Both the position numbers and the translations under genes were made by a program. A model generated the notes under the pieces. It ran no database searches. It was not told where the DNA came from and saw only the letters and a program-made list of their open reading frames with translations. DNA of 64,000 nucleotides from a virus, in the IMG/VR virus record IMGVR_UViG_3300021368_000003, positions 31,400 to 95,399 of that record; one strand, 5' to 3'. Of the stretch, positions 55,127-64,000 are shown piece after piece (within the stretch, counting starts at the first letter, position 1; each line of letters begins with the position of its first letter).

Positions 55127-57289
55127 TTAGAAACAGGAGTCGATGTCGGGATACTCGAAAGCATCAATCGGGTAGTTAATCGTATTTATGTTGCCCCCAC
55201 CATAGTTCCAACCAGCAAAGTTGAAGGGGTCAAAGTTAGGAATGTCACTGGGGTTAGTGACAAAATCAATCGGGTAAACTTCGGGGTTGAAGATGGTTGG
55301 GTCAACACCTGGCGGGATGGTAAGACCGTTACCATCGGGGAGAACCACAACGGGAACTCTCGTGTTGCCATCAGGGGTATCAGCAATATTTAGGGGTCCG
55401 ACACAGACCTTTCCTGTATCATAATCTACCGTTCCGACAGACTGATTCAAGACAACTTCTTTTTCATTTCTATTAGTTACCATGATCAATCCGCCATTAC
55501 CATCGTCTCTGATGTTAACGGGGACAAGTGTTGAAGTCGTGATTTCTTCTGAACTGAAAATTGCATCTTCCAGAGCAGATGAAAAACCTGCCTGCTCGCC
55601 AGCAGTTTGTACCAACGAACCTGCCGCTTCACCAGCAGCAATCTGGTCTGCTACATCTTCGGTATAACCAGTTGCATAGAACGAACCAGTTTTAACGGAA
55701 GAAAACTTAGGATTACAGTTGCCACCGTCGCCATTGCCACCGTCGCCGCCAGTTCCATCACCATCTCCATTGCCACCAGGTCCACCGTAGTCGCCTGGGT
55801 CAACAATAGGATTATTAAAGTCAAGACACTGAGTAAAGATATTACCAAACGTGAATTGGTCAAGGTTTTGACCAATAGTCATCTGACTGGTAGTACCAGC
55901 AATAGCATTATCAGAAGAGTCAATCACAGCATTGAATTTAGACATTTCAAGACGACCACCGAAGCGATTATCTCTATTCTGTGAGTTAAACTTGTCAATA
56001 GATTTAAGAATCTCAGATGCCAACTCGTTTGCAGATCTGGATGTCTTGTTTCCGTCGTAGGAAGGGTAAACCTTTGGAGACAGATAGTAAATTCTTGGGT
56101 CAACAACGATCGGTTGGATCGATGCCATGGAGTAGTCAAGCAGTTGGTTCTGAATACGCTTCTTAGTCGTAGTGTTGAGGTTCACACCAGACTTAGAACG
56201 AACTGCGATGAATACCTTGCCATATTCAGGAGGTGATAGTTTCTCACCACCATAAGCAGTAACTGCTGCTGCCTGAGGGAAGATATCCTTTACAATGTGA
56301 GCATAGTCGTTTTCTGTAACTGCTCTGTTTTGGGTCGAGAACGCCCTTGGAGCACGAAACTTGACTGATAGGGCAGATTCCCTGTCTTCGCCTGCCTGAG
56401 ACCCGTCTATGGTCGCCAGAGACATCGATGAGGGCAGAATAGGACGACCAGTGTTGTCAATAGCACGTCCAATGAAATTAAACTTGGTTGCGCCGTTAGC
56501 AGTAGGTCCGTCAGTGGCAATATAGGTCAGTACAATAAATTCATTATCAATCAACTTACGTCCAAGAACACCATCACCGAAAACAACCTTATATCTAATG
56601 TCTTCGGTCTCTTCTAAGAAATAAACACGAGAAGTAGAGTCAAGTGCAGTAACGTTTCTAGAAAGAGAGTATTCGTCAATCTCAGCAGACTGTTCATTTG
56701 GTTTTACTGCTACAACTAGCAGTTCAGTATCAACACCGTCAGCAGGAATCACATATTCTTGCTTCTTAGTATCATCAACGGTGTAATTAAAGGTGAGTAG
56801 GTTGCCCTGATAGATCACCAGTTTCTCAAAACTTGCAATACCAGTATTCTGGTCCACCGCTACCTGGGTGTCCTTCATAATGGCATAGGTATATGCTTCA
56901 CCGTCCACCTGAGAGATGAATACATCACCTGCTTTGATAGTAACTGAGTCAGGGTAGGCAGAACCACCAGGAAGCAGTTGAGTCTGTGCAGAGACGCGCA
57001 CACACGCCTTAGACGCCTTAATAGAACGAGGCGTATAGTTGATCTGTTTGGCAATGCGAACAATGTTGTCTCTAACAGTCGCACTTTCCAGGAATGCTTC
57101 ATTCATTGACATGTTTGCCAAGAACGCAGCGTAGTGCGTATTGTAAGCAAGGATGTCGATCAGGTAAGAGGCAGTCGATCCCTCAAAATCATAATCCGTA
57201 AATTCAGGACGAGTCCTGAGATAGGATTTGATCGATTCCTTAATCTCAAAAAAGTCAAGAGACGTTAGTTCTGAGGGTGTTGCTGGCAT
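55127..57289 (-). CDS. gp6: baseplate wedge subunit gp6
   Basis: LDFFEIK, FTDYDFEGS, LAYNTHY, NEAFLESA, FGDGVLG and QNRAVTENDY motifs. Confidence 0.97.
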   Translation of the reverse strand: MPATPSELTSLDFFEIKESIKSYLRTRPEFTDYDFEGSTASYLIDILAYNTHYAAFLANMSMNEAFLESATVRDNIVRIAKQINYTPRSIKASKACVRVSAQTQLLPGGSAYPDSVTIKAGDVFISQVDGEAYTYAIMKDTQVAVDQNTGIASFEKLVIYQGNLLTFNYTVDDTKKQEYVIPADGVDTELLVVAVKPNEQSAEIDEYSLSRNVTALDSTSRVYFLEETEDIRYKVVFGDGVLGRKLIDNEFIVLTYIATDGPTANGATKFNFIGRAIDNTGRPILPSSMSLATIDGSQAGEDRESALSVKFRAPRAFSTQNRAVTENDYAHIVKDIFPQAAAVTAYGGEKLSPPEYGKVFIAVRSKSGVNLNTTTKKRIQNQLLDYSMASIQPIVVDPRIYYLSPKVYPSYDGNKTSRSANELASEILKSIDKFNSQNRDNRFGGRLEMSKFNAVIDSSDNAIAGTTSQMTIGQNLDQFTFGNIFTQCLDFNNPIVDPGDYGGPGGNGDGDGTGGDGGNGDGGNCNPKFSSVKTGSFYATGYTEDVADQIAAGEAAGSLVQTAGEQAGFSSALEDAIFSSEEITTSTLVPVNIRDDGNGGLIMVTNRNEKEVVLNQSVGTVDYDTGKVCVGPLNIADTPDGNTRVPVVVLPDGNGLTIPPGVDPTIFNPEVYPIDFVTNPSDIPNFDPFNFAGWNYGGGNINTINYPIDAFEYPDIDSCF

Positions 57290-57290
57290 C

Positions 57291-57704
57291 TTACGTTCTC
57301 TCTAAGAGGAATTCAACAGTTTGAGTTTGCGGTTGACCAACGATTGCATATTCAATCGCTACGTCAATACTGTAATCATCGTCAGAGAGATTCACGTCAA
57401 TGTTTTCGACCTCAACACGAGGTTCTAAACGTTGTATAGTATTACTTATTTCATCTCGCAGATCTTCTGCTGAGAAAACGTCAAAGGGTTCAAATAACAA
57501 CCCTTTGACTCTTGAACCAATATCAGGTTGATAGGGGCGTTCACCAAAAGCGGTCAGTATCAGGTTTCTGATCGATTGCTTGATAGCATTTTCATTTTTC
57601 ACCGTCGAGAAATCTTCGGTATTAGGGTTTGCTTCAAATGAAACCGCTAAGTCCTTAAAACCTCGGGAGAAAAACTTTTCTGATCGAAACCTGTACGACG
57701 GCAT
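57291..57704 (-). CDS. gp25: baseplate wedge subunit gp25
   Basis: AIKQSIRNLILT..GERPYQPDIGS..LLFE..EPRV motif. Confidence 0.96.
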   Translation of the reverse strand: MPSYRFRSEKFFSRGFKDLAVSFEANPNTEDFSTVKNENAIKQSIRNLILTAFGERPYQPDIGSRVKGLLFEPFDVFSAEDLRDEISNTIQRLEPRVEVENIDVNLSDDDYSIDVAIEYAIVGQPQTQTVEFLLERT

Positions 57705-57709
57705 TGACT

Positions 57710-57736
57710 TATTTAGTCGTTATCAGGATTATTTAG
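57710..57736 (-). promoter_or_regulatory. two tandem CTAAATA late-promoter candidates upstream of gp25
   Basis: CTAAATA at 57710-57716 and at 57730-57736. Confidence 0.5.
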
Positions 57737-57904
57737 CAACTCAACGGGAGGGTTGTATTTTAGAAACTCCCAAAATGTCATTTTCATCTCTTTTTGGGTC
57801 ATGCCGCAATGTTTAGCGGCATTAGGGAGATTCATTGAAGCATGGAAGAGTGCTTCGTTCGCTTGTTGGACAAGTTCGGGTGTAGTTTTAACGGCCTTGT
57901 CCAC
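57713..57904 (-). CDS. small HTH-like hypothetical protein (probable GTG start)
   Basis: MNLPNAAKHCGMTQKEMKMTF helix-turn-helix-like segment; start trimmed to avoid a long overlap with 57888..58034. Confidence 0.7.
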   Translation of the reverse strand: MDKAVKTTPELVQQANEALFHASMNLPNAAKHCGMTQKEMKMTFWEFLKYNPPVELLNNPDND

Positions 57905-58034
57905 GATAACGTTTTTTCGCTTGGTTTGATGATGTCGCGGCATACTTGGTGTGCTGTCCTCGCCCTTGGCGCGTCTTTTTAGGTTTTGATTCGATGTGAC
58001 TGCTGTTCAGTCCAGTTTTTGCTCGGGTTGCCAT
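57888..58034 (-). CDS. 48-aa highly basic microprotein (not in ORF track)
   Basis: MATRAKTGLNSSHIESKPKKTRQGRGQHTKYAATSSNQAKKRYRGQGR; resembles small basic ORFs I recall beside gp25 in T4-like marine phages. Confidence 0.75.
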   Translation of the reverse strand: MATRAKTGLNSSHIESKPKKTRQGRGQHTKYAATSSNQAKKRYRGQGR

Positions 58035-58052
58035 GTCTTAATTAAAACGACT

Positions 58053-58586
58053 CTATGATGATAGCACAGTTGGACTGCCATATGCAACCACTGAGGAACA
58101 TGGATAGGACCAGAAGCGGAATCCAATACCCAGTGGGTCTAGAACACGACCAATAGGCAGTTTAGTTACAAATACAGTCAAACTGGTTGCCATGAGGAAT
58201 CTGATATGACCTGTGCCTGCCATATCTTCAATAGTGAGAGCACTACAATAGATAGGAGTGAAAATAGGACACAACGCTTTACCACATGGGCACATATAGA
58301 TGACGATATTAGTACAAGGTGAGATGTGTTGAACAAAAACATCACCTAATGTCATCGTAGGTAACCCATTAGTCAGCACAAGTGCTTTAAGGGGGTTCAG
58401 GGCGGTGTAGGGGATCAATGGTTGAGGTGGCCACCAGCATGTCCACTCTTTGATCTTAATTGAATATGGTACAGGTGGAGTACCACACGCCTGAACAGAG
58501 TGAACTGTACCAGGAATGCAGATACCATGCCCTGAGCAGGGCAAACCTGTGATTGGTGCTACTGGTAGTAAGAGTCCGTATGCCAT
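58053..58586 (-). CDS. PAAR-like spike tip protein (gp5.4-like), Cys-rich
   Basis: CSGH, NGLP...GD...H, GH..SLTVFV..PIGRVLD and C..VAYGSPTV PAAR-type repeats. Confidence 0.75.
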   Translation of the reverse strand: MAYGLLLPVAPITGLPCSGHGICIPGTVHSVQACGTPPVPYSIKIKEWTCWWPPQPLIPYTALNPLKALVLTNGLPTMTLGDVFVQHISPCTNIVIYMCPCGKALCPIFTPIYCSALTIEDMAGTGHIRFLMATSLTVFVTKLPIGRVLDPLGIGFRFWSYPCSSVVAYGSPTVLSS

Positions 58587-61500
58587 TATTCAGGGAACAT
58601 GTTATTAGTGTCGGTCGAGAAGTTAGAAATTGCACTATCTGAGAGTTCTGACTCGAAATCAAATTCAGGGTCATACTCAAATGTGAGTTCACCGTCAAAT
58701 TCTAGATCATTGACATCCTTGAATGCCTGTTTCTGTTTTTCGACCAGTGATCTATCTCCTGGGTCATGAGAAGACAAGTGTACTTTTCTTTGTTTGATTG
58801 GTGGGTTGGGATTGATAGCATCAACCAGGTCACCAAAGGCACCACCGTCGCATTCTTGGAAGAATGGGTTACCCATTCCTTTGACTGCTTGACCGAATGC
58901 AATAGATGCACCAGTTGACCAGTTCTTGATATTCATCGTACCGCTGTAAGGTCCCATCCTCATACCCAACTGAGTAATAAGTTGTGGGTCAACAGCAATA
59001 CTAACATCATTACAGTATTCTAAGCAAGATTGATTGTTACCTGAACCAGTCCAACCACCACCATAGGTGTTTAGGAAGGAATATGTGCAAGTAGAGAAAC
59101 CACAGTTGTACCCATTGTACAAATTAGTTATATCCCAGAACCCACCCCCTGAACTTTTACCTTGTGATTGGTTGCTACCTGATCCTGAAACGTAATATGC
59201 ATCGTATACATCAAGTACACCGTCACTATTGTTACCATGTCTAAGGTAAGTATCCCAACATTCGTGTGCAGGCACTCCACCACTTAGACGTTCTATCTCA
59301 ATAACGTAGAAAGTTTGGTTTTGTGTAAGAGAACCATATGATGTACCTGGTGAATAGTCAGGATCTCCTTGCTGTCCACTGCCACCAACCGTAGTTGCGG
59401 GGACTGTCCACTGTACCTGCCTAGTATTGTAGTTAAGATTGTCTCCTAACCACAATCCTAACTGGGCTGCTTCGTTAAAATTCTGGTGATCCCAGTCAAA
59501 AGTGTTTTCATCAAGTCCAACGGGGACAAAAATGATGTCAGATCCGCCACTGGGGTCCCAATAGCAACGACCTTCGATGTCTTGACGACTACATTTCCAC
59601 ATTTTGCGCTTATCACCGCCATTCATGACGGGTCTGGGTCTAGTTAGAGCAGGTCTAGGCAGTCTTTGAAGGAAATTCATGAAGTCTGCGCCCTGTGGAC
59701 CCGTAGTTTTGCCCTGAACAGCAAGGTTTACACTAAAATGTGCGTTATCAGACTTCGATCCACAGTATTTGTAGATAACCCAACCGAAATCACGACCAGT
59801 TTCCGAGTCAGTGAACGGACAAGGAAGGTCTTGGAGGCGAGTTACGTTGTAAAACCTCGGTTGAGGGATCATAACGCACGGATCTGAGTTGTTCCAACCG
59901 AAAACATTGCTCAGAGTCTTGGTTTTTGCGTCTGCTTTCTGTGCAACGTCTGCCATTTGGGGATATTGGTCCTCCATAACGGTCTTCATTGCCGCACTAG
60001 CACCAACCATACCCTCAGTTACTGATGGTGGGAAGAGTGCATCCTCCAAAATGTTCGGAATTTCGATGTCAATACAACCAGCAGGGACGTTAGAGCACAG
60101 TTTTGTCTTCTCAATCTCGTCTGTTCCTGAGAATCTGATGTATCCAGTAGGGTACGAGGCGGTAAAACCCTCCATCATGGTCTCAAAAGACCCCATGACA
60201 CCCTCATCCATAACTTTCAACTTAGATTCCTTCGCACCAGACCTTCTTCTGATCTCACCTTTGAGACCATCGATGGGTTCTGACGGTTTATTTTCCGTTT
60301 CTTCGGTAGTGCTCTGTGCATCAAAGTTATCTTTGAAGCGTTTTTGCTGTTCTCTGGTGTTAGGACCACGGAATTTGTAGTCTTCTTTCTCAGTTTGAAC
60401 GATCCAGACCCTAGGTTGACGGTTAGGATCGGTGTCATAACCCAATCCACGGTCCTTAATCAGGAGTTCATCGATCGCACCGTCTGGTGTGAGGGATACA
60501 ATCTCGATTTTTGCCTGTCTGAACTTACCTTTCTTTCTATGTTCGGAGGAAATTGTTCTAATTTGCTCCTTCTCGACGAATACTGTCGCGATTTCCGACT
60601 CATCTTCGTCCACATCAGTACCAGAAATGGTAATATCACGGTTATCTGCCTCTGGAATCTTACTTTTCCGCTCTTTGAAGTCGGCTTCCATGTCTTTGCC
60701 GACTGCTTTTTGGTTTCTTTTGATCTGTTTGAAGTTCTGATTGAACTTTGTACCGTCAGGATTGTCTAATTTGTTGGTTGGAGAGCGCAAAGTAGTGCCT
60801 TCCCACCCATCTAACTGCTCTAATTGGTGTCTAGCATGATCATTTGCACCTTTTGCAGTCAACTGTGCGGGTTCTTCGACGACGATTGATGGATTTATGT
60901 ACCCTCTTCCGCCGTTGATGATCTCAACACTCTGGATTTCACCGTTTTTATTGACAACACACTCAACTTTTGCCTCATCAATCGACTGTTGGTTGACCAA
61001 TGCGGTCTTATCGATCTCTACTTTGTAGTATGTGATCTTTTTAGGGAACTCATACACACCAAAGAACCCTGCTCGGTCAGGAATTCCGTACCCAGCAAGC
61101 ACATTTGCGGTTTTTCCAAACCTTCCAGGAGCAGTAATGGTCTGATTTGTGGTAAATGCGGCACCATTACCCTTCAACTCCATGTAACCGCAACGTAATT
61201 TGTTACCAAAGTACGCAACTTCGTTGACTTCCCACCCATTGATGGTGTCTCCTGCTTGGAAACTGTCACCTTCACGGGTTGTATAGCGGAATAGAATACG
61301 TTTTGTGTCAGTATCTACGTTCTTAAACGATTCATAGATGCCAGCTCCGCTAGTGTCAGTGAGTTCTAGACGTGAATTGGTCGTTTTCCAACTATCTTCA
61401 CGGACCTCATAGAAGTGAGAGTGGTATTCTTGGGTAATTAAGTTCTCATCACAGACACAAGTGTTCCTTCCAGACCCGTCACTCAGTGATATTGACTTGT

Positions 61501-62752
61501 TTGGACAACAGTTGCGGTTAGAAATAGAATACTGGATGGAAAAGATCGGACCTTTCCATGGATATGAAGTATCGTAGATGTAATAACAGAACTGAGAATC
61601 AAATAGAGTATGGAATTCTAGGTACTTTGGCACTGCTGCCTTGACAGCACCGTTCTTACCATAGATCCATTCAAAGTATGCATCAGTATTAGTGTTAGGA
61701 CACTTCTGAGGATTACCCCAACCGAAGTCTGGGTGGGCATGTACAGAAGGAGTACCGAAATATCTGTAACTTCTTCGTGTTACAGGGTCAGGATCTAGTG
61801 GTCCTGCATCAGCATCATACTGGTACTCATAGTTTTTATGAGTGTAGATACCTGATCCATCAGCATTCCAGTTATACCAACCTGCCCTTGTATTATAGTC
61901 AACAGGTGATCCATACCCCACAGGACCAATTAGACCCTGGTCACGAATTTGTTTCTTATTACCTGATCCTAGATCTTCTGTAAAGACCCATCCAACAATA
62001 CCAACATAACTGTAATCCTGATCTCTGGGGTCCTTACAATCAGGTACACCAGACACACCAGTCTGTAAGTTTACTTCTCTTGTTGGGTCGGCGGTGTAGA
62101 AGTGGTCCCTCTTTGCGTTGCTAGTAGACCTGTAATACTCATACAGAGGCACAGCTGATTCACCAGCATCCGCGAAATCGTTTGCATTACTTTGACTTGT
62201 GTAAATGTATCCGACAATTCCTACCTGAACATATCCACTACCATAACTGCTCTGAGTGGATAGTACAGAGTCATTACGATCATTCTCATAGTGATGATAC
62301 AGTGGTTGTGTCTTACTACCCTTATCACTACGGGATATGTAGAACACAGGTCTACCACTACGAGGTTCGTGGTTATATCCCTTAGAGACATTACCAGTCT
62401 CCCCTGGGAAGTCCTCAGGGAATCTTAATTCTTCTTTATTGATATATTTGTGGTCTCTATTACCTTCATCACCCGATCCACGATAGAAACGGAAGATAGG
62501 CATTCTCTCAGTGTCACACTCTCCTACACACTGTGCTTCTTGATCACCAATGTAGTATACCTTATCCTCACCAAAAATTGACGTACCAGGACCTTCGTCA
62601 TTGAAGGTAATTTGATAGTTCGTTCCTGGTCCGCTATGGTGGGCGTGTGATTCATATTTGTTGTAAGACGGGCGTTCCCAAGTCTTTTCGTACTCACCCC
62701 CCGCATCGATGTTTGGGAAGGATCGCCCTGTCTCACTAATAAAAATACTCAT
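58586..62752 (-). CDS. 1388-aa probable virion protein with N-terminal P-L-Y-x-x-Y..DHFYT repeats
   Basis: Three repeats (PIFRFY..RDHKY, PLYHHY..NDSVL, PLYEYY..RDHFYT); GEIQSVEIINGGRGY module shared with gp7. Confidence 0.85.
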   Translation of the reverse strand: MSIFISETGRSFPNIDAGGEYEKTWERPSYNKYESHAHHSGPGTNYQITFNDEGPGTSIFGEDKVYYIGDQEAQCVGECDTERMPIFRFYRGSGDEGNRDHKYINKEELRFPEDFPGETGNVSKGYNHEPRSGRPVFYISRSDKGSKTQPLYHHYENDRNDSVLSTQSSYGSGYVQVGIVGYIYTSQSNANDFADAGESAVPLYEYYRSTSNAKRDHFYTADPTREVNLQTGVSGVPDCKDPRDQDYSYVGIVGWVFTEDLGSGNKKQIRDQGLIGPVGYGSPVDYNTRAGWYNWNADGSGIYTHKNYEYQYDADAGPLDPDPVTRRSYRYFGTPSVHAHPDFGWGNPQKCPNTNTDAYFEWIYGKNGAVKAAVPKYLEFHTLFDSQFCYYIYDTSYPWKGPIFSIQYSISNRNCCPNKSISLSDGSGRNTCVCDENLITQEYHSHFYEVREDSWKTTNSRLELTDTSGAGIYESFKNVDTDTKRILFRYTTREGDSFQAGDTINGWEVNEVAYFGNKLRCGYMELKGNGAAFTTNQTITAPGRFGKTANVLAGYGIPDRAGFFGVYEFPKKITYYKVEIDKTALVNQQSIDEAKVECVVNKNGEIQSVEIINGGRGYINPSIVVEEPAQLTAKGANDHARHQLEQLDGWEGTTLRSPTNKLDNPDGTKFNQNFKQIKRNQKAVGKDMEADFKERKSKIPEADNRDITISGTDVDEDESEIATVFVEKEQIRTISSEHRKKGKFRQAKIEIVSLTPDGAIDELLIKDRGLGYDTDPNRQPRVWIVQTEKEDYKFRGPNTREQQKRFKDNFDAQSTTEETENKPSEPIDGLKGEIRRRSGAKESKLKVMDEGVMGSFETMMEGFTASYPTGYIRFSGTDEIEKTKLCSNVPAGCIDIEIPNILEDALFPPSVTEGMVGASAAMKTVMEDQYPQMADVAQKADAKTKTLSNVFGWNNSDPCVMIPQPRFYNVTRLQDLPCPFTDSETGRDFGWVIYKYCGSKSDNAHFSVNLAVQGKTTGPQGADFMNFLQRLPRPALTRPRPVMNGGDKRKMWKCSRQDIEGRCYWDPSGGSDIIFVPVGLDENTFDWDHQNFNEAAQLGLWLGDNLNYNTRQVQWTVPATTVGGSGQQGDPDYSPGTSYGSLTQNQTFYVIEIERLSGGVPAHECWDTYLRHGNNSDGVLDVYDAYYVSGSGSNQSQGKSSGGGFWDITNLYNGYNCGFSTCTYSFLNTYGGGWTGSGNNQSCLEYCNDVSIAVDPQLITQLGMRMGPYSGTMNIKNWSTGASIAFGQAVKGMGNPFFQECDGGAFGDLVDAINPNPPIKQRKVHLSSHDPGDRSLVEKQKQAFKDVNDLEFDGELTFEYDPEFDFESELSDSAISNFSTDTNNMFPE

Positions 62753-63000
62753 TAAGGTTCTAGGACTTTGATGCGCTCTTCCAACATATTTAGACGCACA
62801 TACAGGTCATCTAGAAGTTCCCGCATATTGAGGTAGTCGTCATACCCCTCTGGTTTGTATTTGATCATATCAGCGCCAGGAGGAGGGATTTTTGCAAGGA
62901 CCCCTTCTACTGTTGCAATACGAGTCGCAAGATTCTCTAATCCCTTAGAGATCATCTTAATATGCTCAACGTACGACTCTTCAAATGTTTTCTCAGACAT
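62752..63000 (-). CDS. small coiled-coil hypothetical protein
   Basis: 82-aa ORF whose stop overlaps the downstream start. Confidence 0.8.
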   Translation of the reverse strand: MSEKTFEESYVEHIKMISKGLENLATRIATVEGVLAKIPPPGADMIKYKPEGYDDYLNMRELLDDLYVRLNMLEERIKVLEP

Positions 63001-63020
63001 AATAAGATTAGACGCGGTTT

Positions 63021-63197
63021 TTACGGTTTTTCTGTACCCTCGGATTTTTTTAGAACGACAGACCCATCAGTCTCTTCGCTCCACTCTAATTCAGTCCCCT
63101 CATACCATCCGAGATCTTCCATAAGTTCGGCAGGCAGAGTAATAGACATATCTCCGAAGTCGTCTACCTCCACGGGTAGCGTAAATCTTTTGCTCAT
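63021..63197 (-). CDS. AbrB/SpoVT-like swapped-hairpin protein
   Basis: ITLPAELMEDLGWYEGTELEW..DGSVVLKK pattern; probable start MSKRF at 63197. Confidence 0.8.
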   Translation of the reverse strand: MSKRFTLPVEVDDFGDMSITLPAELMEDLGWYEGTELEWSEETDGSVVLKKSEGTEKP

Positions 63198-63223
63198 AGC
63201 ACATATAGTGGCCAGTGTCAAAA

Positions 63224-63757
63224 TTATATAGGAGCAGGATAATTTACAGCATGTGGAGAACGTAACACTAACTCTGTCATTCTATGATAGAAAGAGTGTA
63301 CAGTCAAGTCTACAATCTTACTTGGATCTAACCATGCATGATGTAGCATATATCCATGTCCCAGGTAAATACCGCTATGATTGCATAATCTATCCTGTTT
63401 GCTCGAATAACCCCCTTCTAGGCGCTCTAAGTGCAGTCTCATGACCATCATGTCACCATACTGTAAGTCTGAGAAAGGTGGGGGTTCACTATCACATGTA
63501 CCTGTATAGACATGAATGACTCCATCCTCTAATCGCTCTGCCTGATCCTCAATAAACGATGGATCAAACAACGCCCTCCGATGTAACTTGGGATAGTCTC
63601 TGAGTGTTAGATTAAACTTCTTCTGATAAAACTCCATGCAGATACCATAACAGTCACCTACCTTCATCTTATCCTTATACCACGGGCGACCTACCCATTC
63701 GCCCCAGACCTCATTCATGTCTGCGAGTGTAGGTCTATTATTCTCTGTGGGCGTCAT
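63224..63757 (-). CDS. NlpC/P60-family cysteine peptidase
   Basis: WVGRPW..GDCYG (catalytic Cys), YGDMMVM and NHSGIYLG..MLHH (catalytic His). Confidence 0.85.
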   Translation of the reverse strand: MTPTENNRPTLADMNEVWGEWVGRPWYKDKMKVGDCYGICMEFYQKKFNLTLRDYPKLHRRALFDPSFIEDQAERLEDGVIHVYTGTCDSEPPPFSDLQYGDMMVMRLHLERLEGGYSSKQDRLCNHSGIYLGHGYMLHHAWLDPSKIVDLTVHSFYHRMTELVLRSPHAVNYPAPI

Positions 63758-63881
63758 GGGGGTCTCTCGTGAATACTATTCGTAGAGTCTCTACGAAACA
63801 ATCCCAGATATATGCAAGCTCGACCCTGAGGGTGATCTTACTACCTGGGAAATTTTTTGATACTGGACTTTGCGAAATCAT
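63738..63881 (-). CDS. 47-aa hypothetical protein (not in ORF track)
   Basis: MISQSPVSKNFPGSKITLRVELAYIWDCFVETLRIVFTRDPHDAHRE; short overlap with the NlpC start. Confidence 0.4.
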   Translation of the reverse strand: MISQSPVSKNFPGSKITLRVELAYIWDCFVETLRIVFTRDPHDAHRE

Positions 63882-64000
63882 GAATAATATATCGACCGCT
63901 CTGGGATACTGTTATAGCTTAGAAAGACGGTACTTTTTAATATAACCGCCCACGGGGCTAACAAATAAGGGCGCACAATAACTGTCACATAAGGGGGACG

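Noticed and set aside
55720-55800. Gly/Asp low-complexity insert in gp6
   Set aside because: Short flexible loop with no supportable function.
63882-64000. Possible ncRNA or replication-origin element in the non-coding right end
   Set aside because: Truncated by the window edge; no structure or motif I can support.

Overview
This is a 64-kb segment of a T4-like marine cyanomyovirus. The gnd/zwf/petE/PTOX genes point to a picocyanobacterial host, probably Synechococcus. All credible genes lie on the minus strand. In transcription order (right to left): NlpC/P60 and AbrB-like genes, a 1388-aa virion-type protein, a Cys-rich PAAR/gp5.4 spike tip, gp25, gp6, a giant 7079-aa gp7-like baseplate protein, YHYH and gp9/10-like fibre proteins, gp8, a 2479-aa VrlC-like protein, an Mtd_N-headed fibre gene split by a single-base frameshift at ~14696, and gp13-gp14-gp15-gp16. 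These are followed by the hypervariable auxiliary-metabolic island (petE, PTOX, zwf, gnd, many single-TM microproteins, SNase nuclease) and the 5' part of gp17, which the ORF track missed. Main findings: (1) the giant baseplate protein carries about seven apparently nested phycobiliprotein-like helical domains, four of which keep the bilin-attachment motif C-x-R-D (e.g. DKCKRDIGYY vs DKCARDIGYY in alpha-phycocyanin), suggesting a possibly chromophorylated, light-responsive virion; (2) an unannotated 43-aa NdhP (NDH-1L subunit) homologue lies between PTOX and zwf; (3) a fibre protein ends in a cupredoxin domain with a complete type-1 Cu ligand set. Family assignments are by motif recognition from memory; no searches were run.
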